Under the pieces are notes generated by a model. That model worked only from the letters and a program-made list of their open reading frames with translations. It was not told the DNA's origin and searched no databases. From NCBI GenBank assembly GCA_045535515.1, contig JAZSLT010000024.1:28-64027 (forward strand): a stretch of DNA of 64,000 nt, given 5' to 3'. How positions within the stretch are numbered: position 1 is the first letter of the stretch; every line of letters starts with the position of its first letter. A program made the translations under genes and the position numbers. Shown here piece after piece: positions 39,039 to 51,655 of this stretch. Source of the DNA: Clostridia bacterium. Lineage in GTDB: Bacteria; Bacillota; Clostridia; UMGS1883; UMGS1540.

Positions 39039-40283
39039 TTATTTTTCGGGATAAAGCGGATACTTTTCGCAAAGGGCGGCCACGCGGGAGCGGACCTCCT
39101 GTGCGTTCTTTTCATAGTCGCGAAGGGTCATGGCCACAAGGGTTGCAATCTCGCGCATATCGTCCTCTTTCATGCCGCGGCTCGTAACGGCCGGTGTGCC
39201 GATGCGCACGCCGCTTGTGATAAACGGACTTTTTGTATCAAACGGAATGGCGTTTTTGTTCGCCGTAATGCCAACCTCGTCTAAAAGATGCTCAGCCTCT
39301 TTTCCCGTCAGTCCCATATCCGTAAGGTTTAAAAGCATAAGGTGGTTATCGGTGCCGCCCGAAACGAGCGGAATGCCGTTTTCGATAAAGGCCTCCGCCA
39401 TAGCGGCTGCATTTTTCACAACCTGTGCCTGATACGCCTTAAAGTCATCCGAAAGCGCCTCTCCAAGACAAACGGCTTTGGCGGCAATCACATGCATAAG
39501 CGGACCGCCCTGTATACCGGGAAATACGGCCTTGTCAATTTGTTTGGCGTATTCCTCCTTGCAGAGAATAAGACCGCCGCGAGGACCGCGCAGCGTTTTG
39601 TGCGTGGTTGTAGTGACAAAATCGGCATGCGGCACGGGATTTGGATGAAGCCCTGCCGCCACAAGACCGGCAATATGGGCCATGTCCACGAGAAAATAGG
39701 CGCCGACCTCTTTTGCGATTTCCCCGAATTTGGCAAAATCAATCGTTCTCGGATAGGCGCTGGCACCGGCCAAAATAAGCTTCGGCTTACATTCCAGCGC
39801 AATACGGCGGATTTCCTCGTAATCAATGGTATTTGTGTCCTCGGTTACACCATAGGGGACAATATTAAAATATTTACCGGAAATATTTACAGGACTTCCG
39901 TGGCTGAGATGTCCGCCATGCGCAAGATTCATGCTCAGCACAGTGTCGCCCGGCTCTAGTACGGCAAAAAATACAGCTAAATTAGCCTGTGCGCCGGAGT
40001 GCGGCTGCACATTGGCATGGTCAGCACCAAAAAGCGCACAAGCGCGTTCTCTTGCCAGATTTTCCACAATATCTACACATTCGCAGCCGCCATAATAGCG
40101 TTTGCCGGGATATCCTTCGGCATATTTGTTTGTCAGGGGTGTTCCCATGGCTTCAATGACGGCATTGCTGACAAAGTTTTCAGAAGCAATCAGCTCGATT
40201 TTATGGCGTTGGCGGTTTACTTCTGCCTCAATCGCATCGGCTACCTGCGGGTCGATTTTTCTGATTTCATTCGTACTATACAT
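39039..40283 (-). CDS. glyA: Serine hydroxymethyltransferase
   Basis: [21 protein letters not shown] and [13 protein letters not shown] motifs. Confidence 0.98.
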   Translation of the reverse strand: MYSTNEIRKIDPQVADAIEAEVNRQRHKIELIASENFVSNAVIEAMGTPLTNKYAEGYPGKRYYGGCECVDIVENLARERACALFGADHANVQPHSGAQANLAVFFAVLEPGDTVLSMNLAHGGHLSHGSPVNISGKYFNIVPYGVTEDTNTIDYEEIRRIALECKPKLILAGASAYPRTIDFAKFGEIAKEVGAYFLVDMAHIAGLVAAGLHPNPVPHADFVTTTTHKTLRGPRGGLILCKEEYAKQIDKAVFPGIQGGPLMHVIAAKAVCLGEALSDDFKAYQAQVVKNAAAMAEAFIENGIPLVSGGTDNHLMLLNLTDMGLTGKEAEHLLDEVGITANKNAIPFDTKSPFITSGVRIGTPAVTSRGMKEDDMREIATLVAMTLRDYEKNAQEVRSRVAALCEKYPLYPEK

Positions 40284-40318
40284 GTTTTCGTATGACCTCC
40301 AAAATTTTTACTACAAAT

Positions 40319-40364
40319 ATTATAGCGGAAAACCTTTGCGTTTGCAAGGGCTTTGTGATAAAAT
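40319..40364. promoter_or_regulatory. Overlapping divergent SigA promoters of glyA and nth
   Basis: Minus strand TTGCAA-17-TATAAT (40347..40319); plus strand TTGCGT-17-TAAAAT (40336..40364). Confidence 0.65.
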
Positions 40365-40409
40365 GTAGAGAGAATAGTTTACAAATTTTCAGAAGGGAAC
40401 AAGGAAAAA

Positions 40410-41048
40410 ATGGACAAGAAAACGAAAGTGAAGAAAATAAGAGAGATTTTTGATAGGCTCTATCCGGATGCAGATTGCACCTTAGAATACAAAAACGCAT
40501 TTCACCTTTTAGTGGCTACACAGCTGGCCGCCCAATGCACCGACGCGCGCGTGAATTTAGTAACACCCGCGCTGTTTGCGCGCTACCCCGACCCTGCCGC
40601 CTTTGCCGCCGCGGATATAGGGGAGCTGGAGGAGCTGATTCGCTCCACAGGCTTTTTCCATAATAAAGCGCGCAATCTAAAGGCGTGCGGTGCCATGCTT
40701 TGTGCCGAATTTGGGGGCGAGGTGCCGGATACGATGGAGGAGCTTCTTCGTCTGCCGGGTGTTGGCAGAAAGACGGCGAACCTTATCCTTGGGGATATTT
40801 TCGGGAAGCCCGGCATTGTCGTAGACACCCACGCCGGCCGCATTGCGAGAAGAATTGGCCTTACAAAAAATCAAAACCCCACCAAGGTGGAGCTTGATTT
40901 ACTGAAAATTGTGGAGAAGGATTACCAGACGCGGTTTTGCCACCAGCTGGTTCTGCATGGCCGGATGCTTTGCCGCGCGGCCTCTCCGAAATGTACAGAA
41001 TGTCCCGTAAAGCCGTACTGTGCCGACTACGCCTCTAAATCCAAATAG
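40410..41048 (+). CDS. nth: Endonuclease III
   Basis: [23 protein letters not shown] and C-x6-C-x2-C-x5-C motifs. Confidence 0.95.
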   Translation: MDKKTKVKKIREIFDRLYPDADCTLEYKNAFHLLVATQLAAQCTDARVNLVTPALFARYPDPAAFAAADIGELEELIRSTGFFHNKARNLKACGAMLCAEFGGEVPDTMEELLRLPGVGRKTANLILGDIFGKPGIVVDTHAGRIARRIGLTKNQNPTKVELDLLKIVEKDYQTRFCHQLVLHGRMLCRAASPKCTECPVKPYCADYASKSK

Positions 41049-41284
41049 TGGCGTAGCAGAATTTCAACAATTTCATCCCGTTCCACATGGTTAATGAGGC
41101 TGCGGGCATTGTTATGGCTGGTGATGTAGGTGGGGTCACCGGAAATTAAATAGCCAACCATCTGACTTACGGGGTTGTACCCCTTTTCTTCCAGCGCTGC
41201 GTGTACAGTTGTCAGAATATCCCGTACCTTCTTCGCCGGGTCTGCCTCGATATTGAATTTCATGGTATTTTCGTTTGCGCTCAT
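41027..41284 (-). CDS. IreB/ReoM family regulatory phosphoprotein (DUF965)
   Basis: [28 protein letters not shown] and ERDEI motifs. Confidence 0.93.
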   Translation of the reverse strand: MSANENTMKFNIEADPAKKVRDILTTVHAALEEKGYNPVSQMVGYLISGDPTYITSHNNARSLINHVERDEIVEILLRHYLDLEA

Positions 41285-41391
41285 GATGCCACCGCCTCTC
41301 TTTGTGTTATGCTTATTATACGACATTTCGTGCTAAAAAGCAAGCTTTTTTTCGGCGATAAATGTTAAAATTTTGTAACTATATATGTATA

Positions 41392-41430
41392 GGGATGCCC
41401 TCGGTTTACGAAGAGGCATCCCCATTTTTT
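41392..41430. terminator. Hairpin at the 3' end of the M23 gene
   Basis: GGGATGCC..TC/GAGGCATCCC stem. Confidence 0.55.
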
Positions 41431-42094
41431 ATTTCGGGCCGAAGGGGTCTATTATTTTTCCGTCCTTTTCCATAAAGAAGTGCAGATGCACGCCGCTTTC
41501 TGCGGCGGCCGTTTCGCCCATGCGGCCAATTTCCGCGCCCATCTCCACCTTTTCGCCTTCCTCTGCCTGTACCGAGGAAAGAGAGGCGTAGAAGCTTTTT
41601 AAGTTGTGACCGTGGTCTAAGACAACTGTTTTTCCGTATAGGTGGTCCTCATAAATACGGGCCACCGTTCCACCGGCTACGGCGGTGACCACATCATTTT
41701 CCGAGGGGAGAAAATCTATGCCGAGGTGACAACGCCATTCCCGAAGCGGCTCAAAATAGACAAGCTCCGTATCCGAATACGGGAGCTGGACTTCGCCTGT
41801 AGACGGAAGCTGAAACTCCGTCGGCGCAGGCGCCGTTTCCGAAGGCGCATTTACGGGGGCGACGGCTATTTCCTCTGCCTGTTCCTTTGCAATAGGCGCC
41901 GGCAAAGCCGAAGCTTTTGGGGTAGCTATAGGAGCAGGTGGGGTAGGAATTCCTGAAATTTCGGATATAACGGCGACTTCCTCCTCTTTAGCTATCTTGC
42001 TGTTTTCCTGCATCGTGCTGTACACGCGCGATGCTAAAATCGCAAGTGCTACACAGCCAATGGCAATCCATGTACTTTTCCTTACATTTTTCAT
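41429..42094 (-). CDS. Membrane-anchored M23 peptidase, SpoIIQ-like
   Basis: N-terminal transmembrane segment, Pro/Ala linker, HLGID and HLHF zinc motifs; SigF-like promoter. Confidence 0.8.
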   Translation of the reverse strand: MKNVRKSTWIAIGCVALAILASRVYSTMQENSKIAKEEEVAVISEISGIPTPPAPIATPKASALPAPIAKEQAEEIAVAPVNAPSETAPAPTEFQLPSTGEVQLPYSDTELVYFEPLREWRCHLGIDFLPSENDVVTAVAGGTVARIYEDHLYGKTVVLDHGHNLKSFYASLSSVQAEEGEKVEMGAEIGRMGETAAAESGVHLHFFMEKDGKIIDPFGPK

Positions 42095-42116
42095 AGTATC
42101 ACTCCTTTCTACCTGT

Positions 42117-42145
42117 TATTTTCTCCGCTTTCTTCCGGAATATGC
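42117..42145 (-). promoter_or_regulatory. SigF-like promoter of the M23 gene
   Basis: Minus strand reads GCATA-14-GGAGAAAATA. Confidence 0.5.
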
Positions 42146-42200
42146 AAAAGGTGTATATTTTTCCGCGAAAAACAAAGGATAAGCAAAAAGGAGGTATTGT

Positions 42201-43160
42201 ATGGAAATAAGAACGGATTTGGCACTGGAATATGCAGAGCTCTACTGGGAAACGGGGGCAGAGAAGGAAATACCGGGCGTACAGCTGGAAGAAGGCGGCG
42301 ACAAAGAGGTGCGCATCACACGGGTAGAGGTTTTAGATGAAAAGGGCGAGGAAATTATAGGGAAAAAGCGCGGAAGGTATGTTACGATTGAGATGCCGTC
42401 GCTACTCGAAAGCGAGCCGGCGGTTTTGGGAAAGGCGAGTCGTTTTTTGGCCGAGGAGATTTTACAAATGGCCGGAAAACGGAGCCTTACGCTGGTGGCC
42501 GGCCTTGGCAACAGCCAGATTACGCCCGATTCGCTCGGCCCGAGGGTAGTGCCGCGGCTGGTGGTGACGCGCCACCTTTTTTCCCACATGCCGCGAGCAG
42601 TAGAAAATCTGGCGCCGGTTTGTGCGCTTGCACCGGGCGTACTGGGGATTACAGGCATTGAAACGGGTGAAATCATAAAAGGCGTTTGCGAGAGAGTAAA
42701 GCCGGACCTTGTGATAGTGGTAGATGCGCTGGCATCCCGAAGGACAGAGCGTGTCAGCACCACCATTCAGCTGGCCGATACCGGCATCAGCCCCGGAAGC
42801 GGTGTGGGAAACAAAAGAAAGGCCATAAATGAAGAAACCATAGGCGTACCGGTTTTGGCTATCGGCGTTCCTATGGTGGTAGATGCGGCCACGATTGCGG
42901 GGGATACGATTGACCTTGTTATCGATACACTAGTGAAGGAGGCTAAAGGGGATTTTTACAAAATGCTGCAGAATTTAGACAGAGAGGAAAAGCACGCGCT
43001 GATTCGCGAGGCACTTCCGAGGGAGATGAGCGGCATGATGGTAACGCCAAAGGATATTGACGCCCTTTCCGAAAAGGTGGCGCATATCGTGGCAAACGGC
43101 ATAAATTTCGCCCTGCATCCCGGTATAACCGAGGAAGAAATCAGCGCCTTTGTAGGCTGA
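42201..43160 (+). CDS. gpr: Germination protease GPR
   Basis: IRTDLALE, GLGN..ITPDSLGP, VDALASR and PGSGVGNKR motifs. Confidence 0.95.
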   Translation: MEIRTDLALEYAELYWETGAEKEIPGVQLEEGGDKEVRITRVEVLDEKGEEIIGKKRGRYVTIEMPSLLESEPAVLGKASRFLAEEILQMAGKRSLTLVAGLGNSQITPDSLGPRVVPRLVVTRHLFSHMPRAVENLAPVCALAPGVLGITGIETGEIIKGVCERVKPDLVIVVDALASRRTERVSTTIQLADTGISPGSGVGNKRKAINEETIGVPVLAIGVPMVVDAATIAGDTIDLVIDTLVKEAKGDFYKMLQNLDREEKHALIREALPREMSGMMVTPKDIDALSEKVAHIVANGINFALHPGITEEEISAFVG

Positions 43161-43161
43161 T

Positions 43162-43677
43162 TTAAAACAGAAGACGGACCAAAAAAGCGCCAAGAAGAAT
43201 GCCGGTGCCATCGGCTAGAAGGGCGCTTTTTAAGGTGTAGCGGCTGTTTTTCGCTTTTGTGGCTGCAAAGTAAACGGTCAGGGTATAAAAGGTGGTTTCG
43301 GTTGAACCGGCAATTACGGAGGCTACCCGGCCGGCAAAGCTGTCCGGCCCGTAGGAATTTAAAATATCATGTAAAACGGCCAAAGAGGCACCGCCTGAAA
43401 CAGGGCGCAGAAGAGCAAACGGAAGCACCTCGGAAGGAAACCCTATTTTCGTGCTTATGCCCGATAAGGCGCGACAGACAAGGTCGGTAGCGCCCGAGGC
43501 ACGAAGCATACTGACGGCCGTTACCAACCCGATAAGAGAGGGGAGGATGGAAAAGGTGGAGGTAAGGCCGTTTTTAGCACCGCTTAAAAAGGTGTCAAAA
43601 AGGGGAACACCCCGAAGGAGACCGCAAAAAATGATAGCGGCAATGGTGAGGGGGATAATGAAGTCTGAAAATTGCAT
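43162..43677 (-). CDS. spmB: Spore maturation protein B
   Basis: LRASGA, LRPVSGG and GSTETTFY motifs. Confidence 0.92.
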   Translation of the reverse strand: MQFSDFIIPLTIAAIIFCGLLRGVPLFDTFLSGAKNGLTSTFSILPSLIGLVTAVSMLRASGATDLVCRALSGISTKIGFPSEVLPFALLRPVSGGASLAVLHDILNSYGPDSFAGRVASVIAGSTETTFYTLTVYFAATKAKNSRYTLKSALLADGTGILLGAFLVRLLF

Positions 43678-43678
43678 A

Positions 43679-44254
43679 TTAACCTCTCTTTTGGAAAAAT
43701 TTTGCGCTGAGAATACCGACAGATAGCGCAAAAACGGAAACTATCCATACGGGCAGGATAATTTCACCGGGGCGCGACGAGCCGGCCGTCTGGCGAAGGA
43801 GAAGGAGCGTGGTGGGCAATAGCTGCAGGGAAGCGGTGTTAATCAGTACAAACATACACATTTCATCAGATGCCGCGGAGCGTCCGCCGTTTCGCTCGTC
43901 TAAAAGGCGCATAGCGCGAAGACCTAAGGGCGTGGCGGCATTTCCCATTCCTAAAAGGTTTGCGGCCATGTTCATCACAATAGCGCCGAGCGCCGGGTCG
44001 TTTTTCCGAAGACGGGGAAAAATAAGACGCGTAATGGGCCGGAGAAGACGCGAAACACCCTCTACAATGCCGCTTTTTTCGGCTATTTCCATAAGTCCCG
44101 TCCAAAAGCACATTACCCCCAGCATCCCGAGAGCAAGGCTCGCTCCCTCGCCGGCACCGGAAAGCGCGGCTTCAGCAACAAGCGAGATGCGCCCCGTGAA
44201 TATGCCGGTGATAATGGCGGCCAAAAGCATAAAGCCCCAGATGAAATTCAGCAT
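43679..44254 (-). CDS. spmA: Spore maturation protein A
   Basis: MLNFIW, ANLLGMGNAATPLG and INTASLQLLPTT motifs; SigE-like GCATG...CATAGAAAT upstream. Confidence 0.93.
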   Translation of the reverse strand: MLNFIWGFMLLAAIITGIFTGRISLVAEAALSGAGEGASLALGMLGVMCFWTGLMEIAEKSGIVEGVSRLLRPITRLIFPRLRKNDPALGAIVMNMAANLLGMGNAATPLGLRAMRLLDERNGGRSAASDEMCMFVLINTASLQLLPTTLLLLRQTAGSSRPGEIILPVWIVSVFALSVGILSAKFFQKRG

Positions 44255-44302
44255 ATAATCGCCTCCGCTCCTATTTCTATGCGTAGGGGGGCGAAAACAT
44301 GC

Positions 44303-44336
44303 AAACGGGACAGACGGCATATTGTCTGTCCCGTTT
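44303..44336. terminator. Terminator hairpin
   Basis: AAACGGGACAGAC/GTCTGTCCCGTTT inverted repeat. Confidence 0.75.
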
Positions 44337-44346
44337 AGCTTTATGA

Positions 44347-45660
44347 CTATTGTGGCGGCGTGATATCGGCATCCCGCATAGCGGGATTATCGATAAGCTT
44401 TCCGTTTTCCGTAAAACGGGAGCCGTGGCACGGGCAATCCCAGCTATGCTCGGCACGGTTCCAATGAAGGGCGCAGCCGAGGTGGGGACATCGCCTTTTG
44501 ACAGGCATAAGAAGGTTTGCCGCCGAGGAAAAGCCGTTTACGAAAAGCTGCGGCTTTAGGATGCTTCTTTGCGGCGAAAAGACGGCGGCGTGTGGGTTTT
44601 CCTTTCCGCAGAGCATGTCACAAAGTATTTTGGCGGCGGCCATGGAGGAGGTCATACCCCATTTCTGAAAGCCGGTGGCCACAAAAAGGTGCGGCGTTTT
44701 GGCAGAGTATCTTCCTATATAGGGAACACCGTCAAGGCTCATACAATCCTGCGCGGCCCAACTATAGCGAAGATGGGCATTGGGATAATGCTCTTTTGCA
44801 AAAGCCGAAATTTCGCGCCACGCCGTCCCGTTTTTGCCGGTACGGTGTCCGCCGCCGCCGATAAACAAAAGCGAGTTATAATTCCGAAAGGACAATCCCT
44901 TTTCGTTTTCATCGATATACATCCCGTCTATATGGGGTGCATTTTCGTAAGCGGCCACATAGCTTCTGTGCTGGTAAAGCTTTAAAAAGTAACTGCCGTG
45001 CGCGTTGATAAACGGAAAATGCGTCGTGACCACTATGTTTTCGGCGCGGATTTTTCCACCCTTAAAAAGTGCGGTCTTTCCCTGTATATCATAGATAAAA
45101 GTATTCTCATAGATGCGAAGGTCTTTTGCTATTTCCGCGATGAACATAAGAGGATGAAACTGTGCCTGCCCCGGAAAACACACGGCACCCTTTGTAGAAA
45201 AGGGCAGCGCCGGCTTTTCTACATAAGTGGCCGGGGAACCAAGCCGGACTGCCGCACTTACTTCCTCCTCCAGCTTTTTCCGGTCCGAGAGGGAATAGGT
45301 GTAGGCTTTTTTTTCTTCCCAGCCGCAGTCTTTTCCTGCGCACATCTGCCGGTATTCCCCGACGGCCGCTTCGTTTGCATCGAGATACATTTTTGCCTTC
45401 TCTGCTCCCACCGTTTTCAGAAGCTTGGCGTAGATAAGTCCATGTAAAGAAGTGATTTTCGCCGTTGTATTTTGCGTGATGCCACCGGCAATGGTTTTGC
45501 CTTCGACAAGTATATACGGAACGCCGGCCTTTTGCAGAAAATGTGCACACAGGATGCCACAAAGGCCGCCGCCGATAATGAGAACATCCGTTTTGTGCTC
45601 CCCCGAAAGCGCAGGGAAAGAGGGGAGGGAAACGGAATCGGACCAAACAGATTTTTGCAT
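44347..45660 (-). CDS. FAD-dependent oxidoreductase with C-terminal Rieske domain (YhfW-like)
   Basis: IIGGGLCG, CPHLGC and WDCPCHGSRF motifs; SigG-like GTATG...CATATACTA upstream. Confidence 0.88.
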   Translation of the reverse strand: MQKSVWSDSVSLPSFPALSGEHKTDVLIIGGGLCGILCAHFLQKAGVPYILVEGKTIAGGITQNTTAKITSLHGLIYAKLLKTVGAEKAKMYLDANEAAVGEYRQMCAGKDCGWEEKKAYTYSLSDRKKLEEEVSAAVRLGSPATYVEKPALPFSTKGAVCFPGQAQFHPLMFIAEIAKDLRIYENTFIYDIQGKTALFKGGKIRAENIVVTTHFPFINAHGSYFLKLYQHRSYVAAYENAPHIDGMYIDENEKGLSFRNYNSLLFIGGGGHRTGKNGTAWREISAFAKEHYPNAHLRYSWAAQDCMSLDGVPYIGRYSAKTPHLFVATGFQKWGMTSSMAAAKILCDMLCGKENPHAAVFSPQRSILKPQLFVNGFSSAANLLMPVKRRCPHLGCALHWNRAEHSWDCPCHGSRFTENGKLIDNPAMRDADITPPQ

Positions 45661-45762
45661 AAAGAAACCTCCGGATAAATTTAGAGGTAGTATATGTACT
45701 TTTTGCCAAAACATACAAAAAGGGGGCTAAAGAGTATTTTTCAAAAAATTTCATAATATCTC

Positions 45763-45791
45763 TTGACAATTTCAGGATAAAGTGGTATCTT
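45763..45791 (+). promoter_or_regulatory. SigA promoter of the hrcA-dnaK operon
   Basis: TTGACA-17-TATCTT with extended TG. Confidence 0.75.
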
Positions 45792-45795
45792 TATA

Positions 45796-45822
45796 TTAGC
45801 ACTCGGCGGAGGGGAGTGCTAA
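45796..45822 (+). promoter_or_regulatory. CIRCE element (HrcA operator)
   Basis: Perfect TTAGCACTC-N9-GAGTGCTAA. Confidence 0.97.
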
Positions 45823-45843
45823 TTCTATATAAGAAGTGATGAT

Positions 45844-46587
45844 ATGCAGCTCAGCGAAAGAAAAAAACTGATTTTAAATGCAATTGTCAGCGAGTATATT
45901 GAAACGGCAGAGCCGGTAAGCAGCGTAACCATCGTGAATAAATACAATGCCTGTTGCAGCTCAGCAACGGTGCGAAATGAAATGGCAGAGCTGGAGGATA
46001 TGGGATATTTAGACAAACCGCACACCTCCGCCGGACGGATGCCCTCCGGCCGCGGTTATCGTTTTTATGTGGACTCCCTGTTTCCCTATAAATCTCCGGA
46101 GAACAAAACGGCAGGCCTTCGCAGGGCTTTTCTTTCTCAGCTTTCCGAAAGCGATGATGTGATTGAAAAAGCCTCGGAATTTATTTCACGGTTTACAAAT
46201 TACACGGTTATTGCCACCGATTCCTACGGGAATACGCCGCGGAGGGTGTATACGGGCGGTGTGGTTAATATTTTCAACCATCCCGAATACAAAAATCTCG
46301 AAAAGGCAAGGCGGCTGATAAGCTTTATTGACAGTCGCGACAGGATTTACAAAATGATATCGGAGCTGGACGATGGGGAGAGCCTTCGTATTCTGATTGG
46401 AGATGAGAACACCTTTGAGGATTTGAAGGATTGCAGTATGGTCATCTCGCATTATCGCGATACCCGTGGTCGGCGCGGCGGAATGGGCATTATCGGGCCT
46501 ACGCGCATGCACTATGCACAGGTGGTGGCGTCGCTGGCGGCTGTTACCGATATGATTCAGAAACTGATTTCGGAAAAGGAGAAGTAA
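45844..46587 (+). CDS. hrcA: Heat-inducible repressor HrcA, short form (247 aa)
   Basis: SSATVRNEMAELE, PHTSAGRMPS..GYRFYVD and GIIGPTRM.Y motifs. Confidence 0.93.
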   Translation: MQLSERKKLILNAIVSEYIETAEPVSSVTIVNKYNACCSSATVRNEMAELEDMGYLDKPHTSAGRMPSGRGYRFYVDSLFPYKSPENKTAGLRRAFLSQLSESDDVIEKASEFISRFTNYTVIATDSYGNTPRRVYTGGVVNIFNHPEYKNLEKARRLISFIDSRDRIYKMISELDDGESLRILIGDENTFEDLKDCSMVISHYRDTRGRRGGMGIIGPTRMHYAQVVASLAAVTDMIQKLISEKEK

Positions 46588-46593
46588 AGGCAA

Positions 46594-48949
<2,356 letters not shown>

Positions 48950-48961
48950 TAAGGAAAAATG

Positions 48962-48990
48962 TGGGGATGTTAAATATTTTAACATCCCCA
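48962..48990 (+). other. Stem-loop between dnaK and dnaJ (stabiliser or attenuator)
   Basis: TGGGGATGTTAAA/TTTAACATCCCCA inverted repeat without a U-tract. Confidence 0.6.
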
Positions 48991-49009
48991 AACATAGTAG
49001 GAGTAGACA

Positions 49010-50143
49010 ATGGCAAAAAGAGATTATTACGAGGTGCTGGGTGTAGAGAAGGGCGCCGGTGATGAGGAGCTGAAAAAAGCCTTCCGCCGAAAAGCCAAGC
49101 AGTATCATCCCGACCTTAACAAGGATAATCCGGAGGCAGAAGGAAAATTCAAAGAGGTCAATGAGGCCTACGAGGTACTGAGTGACCCCGAAAAGCGCAG
49201 CCGCTATGACCAGTTCGGCTTTGCCGGCGTCGACCCCAGCTATCAGCAGGGCGGCTTCGGCGGTGGCGGTTTCGGCGGTGGTTTCGGTGGTATGGATGAC
49301 CTCGGTGATATTCTCGGCAGCATCTTCGGCGGCGGTTTCGGCGGCCGTGCCAGACAAAACAGACCTGAGCAGGGGCGCACTATCCAGCAGAATATCACCA
49401 TTACCTTTGAAGAGGCGGCCTTTGGGACCGAAAAAACCATCCGCGTTATCCGCATGGAAAACTGTACGGAATGTAGCGGCAGCGGCGCGAAGAAGGGGAC
49501 GGAGCCCCAAACCTGTCCCACCTGTCGCGGAACGGGGCAGGTGCGTATGTCCATGGGCTTTATGAGCACTGCCAGAACCTGTGATACCTGCCGCGGAACC
49601 GGCAAAATTATAAAGGAGCCTTGCGCCCATTGTCAGGGCTACGGGCAGGTACGGCATGACCGCACCATCAGCGTAAAAATCCCTGCCGGTATAGGGGACG
49701 GACAGGCCATTTCCATTCGCGGAGAGGGGGACCACGGCAAACGCGGCGGCCCCGCCGGCGATGTTATCTTGCAAATCAGCGTAAAGGAGCATCCGCTCTT
49801 CCAAAGACGCGGCAACGATGTCATCTGCCACATGCCCATTACCTTTGCCGAGGCGGCGCTGGGGGCGGAAATGGAGGTTCCCACCTTAGACGGTAAGGTG
49901 CGCTACACCGTGCCGGAAGGCACGCAAAACGGCGCTGTATTCCGCCTTAGGGAAAAGGGTATTCCGCATATCGGCGGCCGTGGGCGTGGCGACCAGCTTG
50001 TGTATGTACAGATTGAAATCCCGAAAAATCTGACGGCGCCGCAGAAAGAAATCCTGAAAAAATTTGCGGATGCAACCGGTATGAAAAACTATAAAAACAA
50101 GCAGAAGTTTTCGGATAAGATACGGAATTATTTTGGAGGCTGA
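49010..50143 (+). CDS. dnaJ: Chaperone DnaJ
   Basis: HPD motif, G/F region, four CxxCxGxG repeats. Confidence 0.98.
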   Translation: MAKRDYYEVLGVEKGAGDEELKKAFRRKAKQYHPDLNKDNPEAEGKFKEVNEAYEVLSDPEKRSRYDQFGFAGVDPSYQQGGFGGGGFGGGFGGMDDLGDILGSIFGGGFGGRARQNRPEQGRTIQQNITITFEEAAFGTEKTIRVIRMENCTECSGSGAKKGTEPQTCPTCRGTGQVRMSMGFMSTARTCDTCRGTGKIIKEPCAHCQGYGQVRHDRTISVKIPAGIGDGQAISIRGEGDHGKRGGPAGDVILQISVKEHPLFQRRGNDVICHMPITFAEAALGAEMEVPTLDGKVRYTVPEGTQNGAVFRLREKGIPHIGGRGRGDQLVYVQIEIPKNLTAPQKEILKKFADATGMKNYKNKQKFSDKIRNYFGG

Positions 50144-50145
50144 GT

Positions 50146-50763
50146 ATGAAGGAATATACGATTACAAAGGTGGACAAAAAGCCGGTGGATTGGGAAACCA
50201 TCCCGAAGGCGGAAATCGATACCTACGGCTGGATGGATAACGGCTATGCACCGCGCGTTCTCGCGGCTCTTTGCTATGACGAGGAGGCCATATATGTAAA
50301 GTTCTGGGCGCATGAGAGCGAGGTGCGCGGCGTTAACAAAAACCATCAGGAGCCTGTGTATGAGGATAGCTGCGTAGAGTTTTTCTTCCAACCTGTTTCC
50401 AGCCCGTATTTTGTGAACATAGAAACGAATGTGGTGGGCGCACAGCTTATTGGCTTTGGCAAGGAGCGCGACGGGCGCGAAGAGGTGCCGGTTTTGGACG
50501 ATGTTATGAAAATCGAGCCGTCTGTTACCGATGCCGAAAGCTATCAGGGCGATGTGTGGACGCTTTCTTATCGCGTGCCTTTCTCCTTCATTAAAAAGTA
50601 TTATGGCGATATAGATGTCGTTGCAGATGGCCTCAGAGCCAATCTCTATAAATGCGGAGACCTTACAAAATACGAGCATTACGGCATGTGGAACCCGGTG
50701 GAAAATCCCGAGCCGGATTTTCATAAGCCGGAGTTCTTCGGGCGTATGACATTTGAAAAATAA
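50146..50763 (+). CDS. Carbohydrate-binding family 9-like protein
   Basis: VYEDSCVEFF, ANLYKCGD and PDFHKPEFFG motifs. Confidence 0.75.
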   Translation: MKEYTITKVDKKPVDWETIPKAEIDTYGWMDNGYAPRVLAALCYDEEAIYVKFWAHESEVRGVNKNHQEPVYEDSCVEFFFQPVSSPYFVNIETNVVGAQLIGFGKERDGREEVPVLDDVMKIEPSVTDAESYQGDVWTLSYRVPFSFIKKYYGDIDVVADGLRANLYKCGDLTKYEHYGMWNPVENPEPDFHKPEFFGRMTFEK

Positions 50764-50764
50764 G

Positions 50765-50792
50765 AAAAAGCCGAGCGTTTGCTCGGCTTTTT
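50765..50792. terminator. Bidirectional terminator
   Basis: AAAAAGCCGAGC/GCTCGGCTTTTT inverted repeat. Confidence 0.85.
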
Positions 50793-50803
50793 GTATGCCA
50801 TTT

Positions 50804-51655
50804 TTAAAGCTGTGCGGCTTTTACCGTGTTTTTCATCAGCATCGCAATCGTCATAGGACCTACACCGCCGGGAACGGGCGTGATGGCGTAGGCTTTTTGG
50901 CTGACGGCTTCAAAGTCCACATCGCCGCAAAGCTTCCCTTCCTCGTTTCGGTTCATGCCGACATCAATCACAACGGCACCTTCCTTCACCATATCCGCCG
51001 TGATAAAGCCGGCCTTGCCTACGGCGGCTACCAGAATATCGGCCCGGCGGCAAACCTCCGCTAAATTTTTCGTGCGGGAATGGCAGATGGTTACGGTGGC
51101 GTTGGCATGAAGAAGGAGCATAGCCTGCGGCTTGCCTACAATATTACTGCGGCCGACTACGACACATTCCTTTCCCGCAGGGTCTATACCGCTTTCGCGA
51201 ATCAGCTCCATAACACCGGCAGGGGTGCAGGGGAGAAAATCAAAATCTCCTATCATAATTTTTCCCACATTGACAGGGTGGAAGGCGTCCACATCCTTTT
51301 CGGGGCGGATAGATAAAAGCACGCGCTCTTCCGAAATATGCGAAGGCAGCGGCAGCTGGCAGAGAATGCCGCTGATTTCAGGGCGGCTATTCAAGGCTTC
51401 AATCAGCGAAATCAGCTCTTCTTCCGTAGTTTCGGAAGGCAGCGCATGCTCCTCCGAATAAATGCCGATTTCACCGCAGGCCTTTTTCTTCGCGTTTACA
51501 TACACGCGCGAGGCCGGATTATCGCCGACGATAATGACCGCAAGTCCCGGGAAAATCCCCTTTTCCTTCAGAGCCAAAACTTCATCGCGAAGGGCGTCCT
51601 TTACTTCTTGTGACACTTTTTTTCCGTCTAACAGTTTCATGCTTTGTATCCTCAT
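50804..51655 (-). CDS. folD: Methylene-THF dehydrogenase/cyclohydrolase
   Basis: QLPLP, EKDVD, PCTPAG, GRSNIVGKP and TPVPGGVGPMT motifs; start may be 51640. Confidence 0.97.
   Translation of the reverse strand: MRIQSMKLLDGKKVSQEVKDALRDEVLALKEKGIFPGLAVIIVGDNPASRVYVNAKKKACGEIGIYSEEHALPSETTEEELISLIEALNSRPEISGILCQLPLPSHISEERVLLSIRPEKDVDAFHPVNVGKIMIGDFDFLPCTPAGVMELIRESGIDPAGKECVVVGRSNIVGKPQAMLLLHANATVTICHSRTKNLAEVCRRADILVAAVGKAGFITADMVKEGAVVIDVGMNRNEEGKLCGDVDFEAVSQKAYAITPVPGGVGPMTIAMLMKNTVKAAQL

Noticed and set aside
40284-40409. Possible ZTP or glycine riboswitch upstream of glyA
   Set aside because: The promoter lies only about 35 nt from the start codon, leaving no room for an aptamer.
49250-49345. 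GGCGGT/GGTTTC short repeats
   Set aside because: They encode the ordinary Gly/Phe-rich region of DnaJ, not a CRISPR array or VNTR.
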